From positions 1 through 44,339 of the forward strand of contig CAZTCM010000001.1 of assembly GCA_964612285.1 (NCBI GenBank): DNA of 44,339 bases. Direction: 5' to 3'. Both the position numbers and the translations under genes were made by a program. Shown here piece after piece: positions 29,180 through 36,193 of the stretch (its first letter is position 1; every line of letters begins with the position of its first letter). Origin of the DNA: an uncultured Alistipes sp. GTDB lineage: Bacteria > Bacteroidota > Bacteroidia > Bacteroidales > Rikenellaceae. The notes below the pieces were generated by a model that was not told where the DNA came from, made no database searches, and worked only from the letters and a program-made list of their open reading frames with translations.

Positions 29180-30874
29180 CTATTTGTCCAGCTCCGCTGC
29201 GAGTTCCTCGGCACGACGAATCGCTTTGTGGATGTGGTCGAGGACATTTTCGCGGCCGACCAAATCGACGATGCCGGCACGTTCAATCTCTTGATAAACC
29301 TGCTCGTTTACGCCCGAAAGAATGACCCGCTGCCCCTGTTGTTGTGAGGCCGTAACAAAGATTTCGAGGTTGTGCAACCCCGTGGCATCGATGAACGACA
29401 CCTTGCGCATGCGCACGATGCGAATCGGTTCGGCATCGCGCATGCGGGCCAATTCCTCAAACTTCGTGGCAATGCCGAAGAAGAAGGGACCGTCGATTTC
29501 GTAGACTTCGGTGTGGCTCGGGATGACCAGACGCTCGTCGCGCTCACCATCGTGGTGAACCTGCATCTCATTGTGCAGCACTGAGATGTGGGTGTTCTCC
29601 ATGATGCGCTTCATGAAGAGGACAATGGCCATCACCAAACCTACCTCGATGGCAATCGTGAGGTCGAAAATGACGGTCAGAAAGAGAGTCGTGAAGAGTA
29701 CGGCGACATTCGACTTCTCCTGGCGGCACATCGAACGAATCGTGCGCCAACCGCTCATGTTGTAGGCGACCATAATCAATACGCCCGCCAGACAGGGCAT
29801 CGGAATGGCTCCCACCAAGCCGCCCAACAGCAGCAGCACGAGCAACAGCACCACCGTATGCACAATGCCGGCAACGGGAGTGCGGCCGCCATTGTTGATG
29901 TTGGCCATCGTGCGGGCGATGGCTCCCGTGGCGGGAATGCCCCCGAAGAAGGGAACAACGAGGTTGGCGATGCCCTGGCCGATGAGCTCGGTGTTCGAGT
30001 TGTGGCGGTCGCCAATGACACCGTCGGCTACCATGGCCGAGAGCAACGACTCGATGGCTCCCAGCATGGCAATCGTGAAGGCGACGGGCAGCAACTGCTG
30101 CATCGTCTCGAAGAGACTTGCGTCACCCAGCGCGGGGAGGGTAAAGGCCGGCAGCCCCGAGGGTAATTCGTAGAGGTCGCCGATGGTCTGTATCGAATCG
30201 ATGCCTGCAAAACGCTTCAACAACCAGCAGAGCGCCGTCATGATGACGATGGCGGCGAGCGAGCCGGGAATCTTTTTCGAGAGGCGGGGCATGTAGCAGA
30301 TGATGAGGATGCTTACAAGCCCGATGGCCAGCGACCACCAGTTGATGGCGTTCAGGTGTTGGAAGTAGCAAATCCACTTATCGATGAAGTTGGCCGGAAC
30401 CTCCGAAATCCCCAACCCGAAGAGGTCGTTCATCTGCGTCGAGAAGATGGTGATGGCTATACCGCCCGTGAAGCCGACAATGATGGGGTAGGGCATGAAC
30501 TTGATGATGGTGCCCAATTTCAGCACACCCATTAAGATGAGGATGATGCCCGCCATGATGGTGGCGATGGCCAACCCGCCCAACCCATATTGCTGGATGA
30601 TGCCGTAGATGATGACGATGAAGGCACCCGTGGGACCGCCAATCTGCACCTTCGAGCCGCCAAATGCCGAGATGAGTACACCGGCGATGATGGCCGTTAC
30701 CAAACCCTCGGTGGGGCCTACGCCCGAGGCGATACCGAAGGCAATGGCCAACGGAATGGCTACGATGCCGACAATGATGCCGGCCAGGGCATCGCGCATG
30801 AAGAGGTCGCGATTGTAACCTTTGAGCGACGAGAAGAGTTTGGGCTGAAAATCGATAGCATTGCGTAGATTCAT
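29180..30874 (-). CDS. SulP/SLC26 family anion or dicarboxylate transporter with STAS domain
   Basis: DALAGIIVGIVAIPLAIAFGIASG, QIGGPTGAF, ESLLSA, PATGAIART and YEIDGPFFFG. TATATTTG promoter at 30918-30925 (minus strand). Confidence 0.94.
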   Translation of the reverse strand: MNLRNAIDFQPKLFSSLKGYNRDLFMRDALAGIIVGIVAIPLAIAFGIASGVGPTEGLVTAIIAGVLISAFGGSKVQIGGPTGAFIVIIYGIIQQYGLGGLAIATIMAGIILILMGVLKLGTIIKFMPYPIIVGFTGGIAITIFSTQMNDLFGLGISEVPANFIDKWICYFQHLNAINWWSLAIGLVSILIICYMPRLSKKIPGSLAAIVIMTALCWLLKRFAGIDSIQTIGDLYELPSGLPAFTLPALGDASLFETMQQLLPVAFTIAMLGAIESLLSAMVADGVIGDRHNSNTELIGQGIANLVVPFFGGIPATGAIARTMANINNGGRTPVAGIVHTVVLLLVLLLLGGLVGAIPMPCLAGVLIMVAYNMSGWRTIRSMCRQEKSNVAVLFTTLFLTVIFDLTIAIEVGLVMAIVLFMKRIMENTHISVLHNEMQVHHDGERDERLVIPSHTEVYEIDGPFFFGIATKFEELARMRDAEPIRIVRMRKVSFIDATGLHNLEIFVTASQQQGQRVILSGVNEQVYQEIERAGIVDLVGRENVLDHIHKAIRRAEELAAELDK

Positions 30875-30975
30875 GACAATCGAAATTAAAAATTTTTATT
30901 AACCTAACTTTTGGTCGCAAATATACGATTTTGGGGTCGAAAGTGAAAAGGTTTTTGACTTTTTTTGCCGGATGT

Positions 30976-31006
30976 TTTGTTTTTGTAAAAAAAGTCCCTA
31001 TCTTTG
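30976..31006 (+). promoter_or_regulatory. tRNA-Leu promoter (TTTG-N19-TATCTTTG)
   Basis: Consensus -33/-7 pair. Confidence 0.75.
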
Positions 31007-31033
31007 TCGTCCCGATTCGAAAGTTTTCGGCCT

Positions 31034-31117
31034 GCCCGGATGGCGGAATCGGTAGACGCGTTGGTCTCAAACACCAATGTCAGCAATGACGTGCCGGTTC
31101 GACCCCGGCTCCGGGTA
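31034..31117 (+). tRNA. tRNA-Leu (CAA)
   Basis: Acceptor stem GCCCGGA/TCCGGGT, anticodon arm TTGGT-CTCAAAC-ACCAA, long variable arm and GGTTCGA T-arm. CCA not encoded. Confidence 0.96.
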
Positions 31118-31122
31118 CTCCG

Positions 31123-31153
31123 AGCGGCTCACAGCAATGTGGGCCGCTTTTTT
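31123..31153 (+). terminator. Rho-independent terminator of tRNA-Leu
   Basis: AGCGGCTCACA-GCAA-TGTGGGCCGCT followed by a T run. Confidence 0.85.
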
Positions 31154-31452
31154 GGCTTAATGGTCAAAAAGAGACCTGTGATAGGGGGTAAAATCGTTTA
31201 ATGGTCAAAAAGGAGACCTAAACAGACTGTTGAGAGCTTATTTCAACAGTTTTTTTGTGGGTATATGAACTCAATTTTAAATATAATTTTTGTGGTTTCA
31301 GGAGGGGGGGCGTGCAGTGGCAGTGTAAGGTAGCGATGAGAAACGGCAGTCGTGGCGCTTTTTAGACCACCACGAGCCTTACGGCTCTCGCGGTGACGTT
31401 CGGGCTGCAATCAACCTAATTTTACCATTAAGCCCATTTTGACCATTAAGCC
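31154..31452. mobile_element. 299-bp non-coding element with perfect 16-bp terminal inverted repeats (MITE-like or collapsed IS remnant)
   Basis: GGCTTAATGGTCAAAA at 31154-31169 and TTTTGACCATTAAGCC at 31437-31452, with internal copies at 31198-31210 and 31420-31434. No transposase and no clear target-site duplication. Confidence 0.6.
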
Positions 31453-31477
31453 GGCTTCTCGCTCCCTGAGTGGGCAC

Positions 31478-31509
31478 AAAAAAAGAGAAGAACTTTCGTT
31501 CTTCTCTTC
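31478..31509 (-). terminator. Rho-independent terminator of tRNA-Lys
   Basis: AAGAGAAGAAC-TTTC-GTTCTTCTCTT preceded by an A run on the + strand. Confidence 0.85.
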
Positions 31510-31511
31510 TG

Positions 31512-31584
31512 TACCCCCTCAGGGGCTCGAACCCTGGACCCCAACATTAAGAGTGTCGTGCTCTACCAACTGAGCTAAAGAGGC
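31512..31584 (-). tRNA. tRNA-Lys (CTT)
   Basis: Minus strand GCCTCTTTAGCTCAGTTGGTAGAGC..., anticodon loop CTCTTAA, GGTTCGAGCCC. Promoter TTTG-N20-TATCTTTG at 31619-31650. Confidence 0.96.
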
Positions 31585-31741
31585 ATTTGCGCACGGGATT
31601 TATCCCCCGATTGCGTTGCAAAGATAGGGACAAAAGTTTGTTTGTGCAAATATTTTGCAAAAAAAATGGCCGAAAAAAATGCAAACAACGCGCTTTTTTC
31701 TCGCTTGAAAAGATTAATGTGCTGCTATTCAGCGTGTTCTG

Positions 31742-33037
31742 CTATTTTAGCCCGTCGTTGTTCCACTCGCCCTCGGCTTCGAAATAGAGGATTGGGCGCG
31801 TGTCTCCCTGCTGTTTCAGGTGCAGGTAGCTCTCGTAGAGGCAGATGCCGTTCGCGGCGTCGAAACCAATCGAAAAGCCGATGACCGACGGGTGGCGTTT
31901 GGCGGTGTGGAATGTATTCTCGGCGCGTTCGATGAAGGCCTGCTTCCAGGCGGGATCGTTCGAGGGGTTACCCCCTTTCAGACGCGAAGAGCCGCGGTGG
32001 TGGGTATCAATCGGTGCCTGCGCAATGACATAGAGCCCCATGGTGTCGCAGAGTTGATAGATGCGTTCGGCACCGGCGCCCGGAAGCAGACGGAGGGTAT
32101 TCACCCCCGTTTTGCGCAGCAGCTCCACCTCGTCGAGGGTCGCATTCGGGGCGAGGTTCGTCATGTCGAGCGACTCCTTGCGGTTGTTGATGCAGAGCCC
32201 TCCTTCGTGCATCGTCAGCGTGCGAAGGCCGAGCGGCAACGTGTGGTACTCCATGTTGCGACCGTCGCGTTGTGTGCGCAGGCGCAGGGTGTGGAATTGT
32301 GGCTTCTCGCGGCTCCAAAGCAGCGTGTCGGGGACCGTCGCAATGAAGCGCAGCGTATCCTCGCCCCGCATGCGGAGGGTGAGGTCGCCGTGGCCCTGTG
32401 TCACCGGCTCGCCGGCGGGGTTGAGCAGTTCGTAGTAGATGCGCACGGTGCGCGGATTGAGCGCGTAGCTCTTCACGACGATGCCGATTTCGGCATTGGC
32501 CACCGACGACTCCTCGCCAAACCAACTCTTGACCAGCACATCACGAACCCCCATTGTCGGTGAAGAAAAGAGCTCGACAGCGCCTAAGTCGGGCTCCTCG
32601 GTCCCCTTTTTCCACCCCTCTACGGGAGCCAGGGCCGAGTCGGTGCTCGTCAGAATCTCGATGTGATTACGCCCTTCGCGGACCTGCTTGGTGATGTTGA
32701 AGTCGGCCGGCGTGTTCGGGTCGGCATTGCGACCGATGCGGTGGCCGTTAATCAGCACCTCGTAGTCGGCCGAGGCGTGGGCCACGCGTACAAAGACCTG
32801 ACGATTGGTCCAGGCAAACGGCACGGTAAATTCGGCGGTAAAGCGCCCCTCCTCGCGATTCCATGCGGGAATAGAGGCCCCATAGCGATGGTTTGCGGCA
32901 CCCATGTCGGCATCGGCGGCTGAGGCGTAAGGCATCAGCTCACCGCGGGGCAATTCGCGATTTTCGGTGGGTGTATAGGGTTGTGCACCGAGGGTCGATG
33001 CAGAAAAAATCAGCAGTGCGAGGAGGATTGTGCGCAT
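31742..33037 (-). CDS. Short GH2 (LacZ-like) protein with partial TIM barrel, probably non-catalytic
   Basis: Signal peptide, ENRELPR, FTVPFAW, ADFNIT, GVNTLR, YQLCDTMGLYV and RHPSVIGFSIG. The protein ends shortly after DTRPILY. Confidence 0.8.
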   Translation of the reverse strand: MRTILLALLIFSASTLGAQPYTPTENRELPRGELMPYASAADADMGAANHRYGASIPAWNREEGRFTAEFTVPFAWTNRQVFVRVAHASADYEVLINGHRIGRNADPNTPADFNITKQVREGRNHIEILTSTDSALAPVEGWKKGTEEPDLGAVELFSSPTMGVRDVLVKSWFGEESSVANAEIGIVVKSYALNPRTVRIYYELLNPAGEPVTQGHGDLTLRMRGEDTLRFIATVPDTLLWSREKPQFHTLRLRTQRDGRNMEYHTLPLGLRTLTMHEGGLCINNRKESLDMTNLAPNATLDEVELLRKTGVNTLRLLPGAGAERIYQLCDTMGLYVIAQAPIDTHHRGSSRLKGGNPSNDPAWKQAFIERAENTFHTAKRHPSVIGFSIGFDAANGICLYESYLHLKQQGDTRPILYFEAEGEWNNDGLK

Positions 33038-33042
33038 AGTTT

Positions 33043-33069
33043 TGTATCTTTGCTTTCGACAAAGATACA
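33043..33069. promoter_or_regulatory. Palindromic pair of opposed -7 elements serving the divergent GH2-like and HsdR_N genes
   Basis: TGTATCTTTG-N7-CAAAGATACA; both arms contain TATCTTTG. Confidence 0.7.
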
Positions 33070-33088
33070 TTTTTTTTCAATACGAACG

Positions 33089-33535
33089 ATGAACCGGCTG
33101 CCAAAACTCCAATTTCCCGCCATTCAACTACGCGGTCGCCGTCAGGGTGAACAGATGCAGGTGTGGGATTCGTTGCGTCGTATGTGGCTGGTGCTGACCC
33201 CCGAAGAGTGGGTGCGACAGCATTTGGCGGCCTATCTGGTGACGACGTGCGGTGCGGCACCGCTGCGGATAGTTGCCGAGTACCCCGTGCCCCTGAACGG
33301 TCAGGCCCAACGCGCCGACCTCGTGGTCGTGGATGATGCCGGCGCACCGCTGCTGCTCGCCGAGTGCAAGGCTCCGGAGGTGACCATTAACCGCGCGACA
33401 TTGGATCAGGCCGTGCGCTATAATTCGGTGCTGGGGGCTCGCTATCTGATTCTGACGAACGGTCTGCGCCACTATTGCTACGAAGTGGTTGATGGGCAAT
33501 ATGTCACCTTAGACAGATTCCCTTGTTTGAAGTGA
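33089..33535 (+). CDS. Stand-alone type I restriction enzyme HsdR N-terminal-domain protein
   Basis: LTPEEWVRQH, E...RADLVV...ECK (PD-(D/E)xK-like), QAVRYN and LTNG. ATG at 33089. Confidence 0.88.
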   Translation: MNRLPKLQFPAIQLRGRRQGEQMQVWDSLRRMWLVLTPEEWVRQHLAAYLVTTCGAAPLRIVAEYPVPLNGQAQRADLVVVDDAGAPLLLAECKAPEVTINRATLDQAVRYNSVLGARYLILTNGLRHYCYEVVDGQYVTLDRFPCLK

Positions 33536-33538
33536 CAC

Positions 33539-33573
33539 AAAAAACGCTTGGAGTCTTTCCTCCAAGCGTTTTC
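33539..33573. terminator. Bidirectional terminator between the HsdR_N gene and tRNA-His
   Basis: AAAACGCTTGGAG-TCTTTC-CTCCAAGCGTTTT. Confidence 0.85.
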
Positions 33574-33585
33574 TGCTTTTGAAGG

Positions 33586-33660
<75 letters not shown>

Positions 33661-33744
33661 ATCTGCGACCTACTTGCCGTAAATCGGAGTGCAAATATAA
33701 AGGTTTTTTCGATTCACTCCAAATAAATCGCGAAAAAAAGTGTA

Positions 33745-36051
33745 TTAGAAGCGAATCTTCACCCCCAGGAACCAGCTGCGCGGCAGTAGCGGGCCGTATA
33801 CATAACCCGAGTCGCGTTCGGCGCCGGCGTCGAAATCATCCTGGAACGAGTCGAAGAGATTCTTCACGCCGCCAAACAACTCCATCTGCACATCCTTGTA
33901 GAGATTGACCGTGTAGGCAGCGCGCAGGTTGATGTCGAGGAAGCGCGGTGTCTCGACCGCCGTATCTATCTGTGCGGCACCTTCGGGGAAGTAGTGTTGC
34001 ACGAGCATGCGGCCGGTATAATTACCCGTCAAATCCAACTCGAAAGGCTTCCAGGGTTTCAGCAGCAGGGTGAAGTAACCATAGCTGTTCGGGGTGCGGA
34101 ACATTCGCTTCGAGGGGGCGACCTCCTCGTTTTCGCTCCAATATTCGGGCTCCTTGTAACGGCTCTCCTGCCAGGTGAAGCCGGCCTGCAACTCCACCCA
34201 CTCGGCCAAGGCGGCACGACCTTCAAGGTTGACTCCGCCGACCGTGGCTCCCGAGCCGTTGTAGCGCTCCTGAATCGTGGCGCCATCAATCGGGTCGTGG
34301 CCCACCTCGCGCAGGGCGAAGACATCGTCAAGGGTCGTGTAGAAACCCTCGATGGTGAGGTTGGTAGCCACCGTGCCGAAGGTGTGATACCACTCGGCCG
34401 AGGCGCTCCACGAGGTCGAACGCTCCTCTTCCAAATCCTCGGCCAGACGAATGCGGGTACGGTCACCACCCACAATGGCGATGTGCAAATCCTCGTCGTA
34501 GGCCTGCGGCGCGCGATAGCCGCCGGCGTAGCTCAAACGCAGGCTCAACTCGGCAAAGGGGTTGTAGCGCAGGTTGAAGCGCGGCGAGAAGATGAGGTCA
34601 TCGACCAGGTTGTGCTTGTCGAGACGGCCGCCCACGAGCAGCGACCACTGCTTGTTCTTCCACTCGTTCTGGAAATAGCCGCCATAGATGTTGGCCTTCT
34701 GCTTCGTGTCGATGCCGTAGCCTATCGAGCGGTCGTTGAGGTCGTTGTGGCTGTATTCGGCCCCGAGGGTCAGCTCCGAGGGCATGAAGAGCAGCCGACG
34801 GAACGCATGCACATATTGCAGACCTGCGGCGGCCGTGAGGTCGTGGGTGCGGCCATAGGCATCGGGGTCCTGATAGGCGCCATAGTAGCTGCTGCGGGCC
34901 GTATTTTGGAACGAGGCGTAGGCGTTGACGCGATTCGAGCGGTCGGGTGCCGACCAGTCGAACGAGATGCTTCCGCCGTCGATGGTGTGGTCGGCCTGCT
35001 CGCAGGTCATCGACTCGTGGGGCGGCACGTCGAGTTGGTCGCCACCACGGCGGTAATCCTTGATGCGGTGGTATTGGGCCGTGATGCGCGAGTAGGCACC
35101 TATGCGGAAGTAGGCCCGCATGCCGAGGGCCTCGGAGTTCATTTCGAGCAATTCGGTGAAGCCGTCGCCGCTGATGTCATAGCCATCGGCCGTGCGGCTC
35201 TACCCGAAGACGGCGATGGCCGCCTTGCCGCTGTCCGAGACGAGCGAGGCGTTGAGCATCGTCGTATTGTCGAACGACGAGCTGCAACCCAGCGAGGTGA
35301 TGGTGTGCGACATCTCGGCCATGCTGCGGGTCGGCTCTTTGGTGATGACGTTGATGGTGCCGCCGATGGCCGACGAGCCATAGAGGGCCGAGCCGCCACC
35401 ACGCAATACCTCGACGCGCTCAATCATGTTGGCCGGAATCTGCTCCAAACCGTAGACACCGGTCAGGGCCGAGAAAAGGGGGTGCGAGTCGACCAGAATC
35501 TGCGAGTAACGCCCATCCAGGCCATTGATGCGCACCTGGGGGAAGCCGCAGTTCTGGCAGGTGTTCTCGACGCGCACACCCGGCTGGTAGGAGAGACCTC
35601 CGCCCAGCGAGCTGGTCGATACACGCTCGAAGAGCTCGGCATCGAGGACACTCACGAGCGACGGTGCCTCGCGTTTGAGGGTCTCCGAGCGGTTGGCCGA
35701 GACGACCACCTGGTCGACCGATACGGCCTCCTCGCGCACCTCGAAATTCACCTCCACGGTGCCGGCCTGATGCAGACACACCTCGGTGCGCTGCGTGGCA
35801 TAGCCCAGGGCGCGGACCTCGACCAGGTAGTCGCCAAAGGGGATGTTCTTAATCAGAAAGTGTCCCGTGGCATCGGTCGTGGTGCCGATGGTCGTGCCGG
35901 CCAATACGATGGTGGCGAAGGCGACATGCTCCTGCGAGCGGCTGTCGACCACATGGCCGAAGAGGTGGGCATCGGTGGGCTTTTGCTGCGCCTGTACGCG
36001 CATGCCCCCGAGCAGGGTAAGCGTGAGTAGTAGGATAAAGAGTTGCTTCAT
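33745..36051 (-). pseudogene. TonB-dependent receptor (non-SusC, CirA/FepA-like) interrupted by one in-frame TAG at 35200-35202
   Basis: The two track ORFs share a frame: ...AVFG*SRTADGYDISGDGFTELLEMN.... Plug motifs RVENTCQNCG and ERVEVLRGGGSALYGS; C-terminal GVKIRF. Confidence 0.88.
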
Positions 36052-36091
36052 TGTACTATGATTTTTGCGTTTGATTTCCCAATTTGCGCTG

Positions 36092-36123
36092 CAAAGGTAA
36101 TCGAAGCGAGGCCCTTTCACAAT
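36092..36123 (-). promoter_or_regulatory. Promoter of the TonB-dependent receptor (ATTG-N20-TACCTTTG)
   Basis: Consensus -7 element and degenerate -33 box. Confidence 0.6.
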
Positions 36124-36139
36124 ACCTGAAAATGGGGAG

Positions 36140-36172
36140 AAAAAGAGCCGCCCGAGTTGCTCGGACGGCTCT
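36140..36172 (-). terminator. Terminator of the second SusC/D operon
   Basis: AGAGCCG-C-CCGAG-TTG-CTCGG-A-CGGCTCT stem with an A run on the + strand. Confidence 0.75.
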
Positions 36173-36193
36173 ACTTATCATGCTGTCAGTTGC

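Noticed and set aside
29059..29286. N-terminal extension of the PepSY-like ORF
   Set aside because: It overlaps the SulP 3' end. The signal peptide begins at ATG 29058.
31265..31333. 22-codon ORF (MNSILNIIFVVSGGGACSGSVR) inside the MITE-like element
   Set aside because: Too short, with no promoter, motif or other support.
33089..33535. Type I restriction-modification defence system
   Set aside because: Only a small N-terminal domain is present, with no helicase, HsdM or HsdS.
33745..36120. Two separate genes, a programmed frameshift, or amber recoding for the TonB receptor
   Set aside because: The halves are in the same frame with a single TAG between them. TAG is a normal stop in neighbouring genes, and no suppressor or pyrrolysine machinery is visible.
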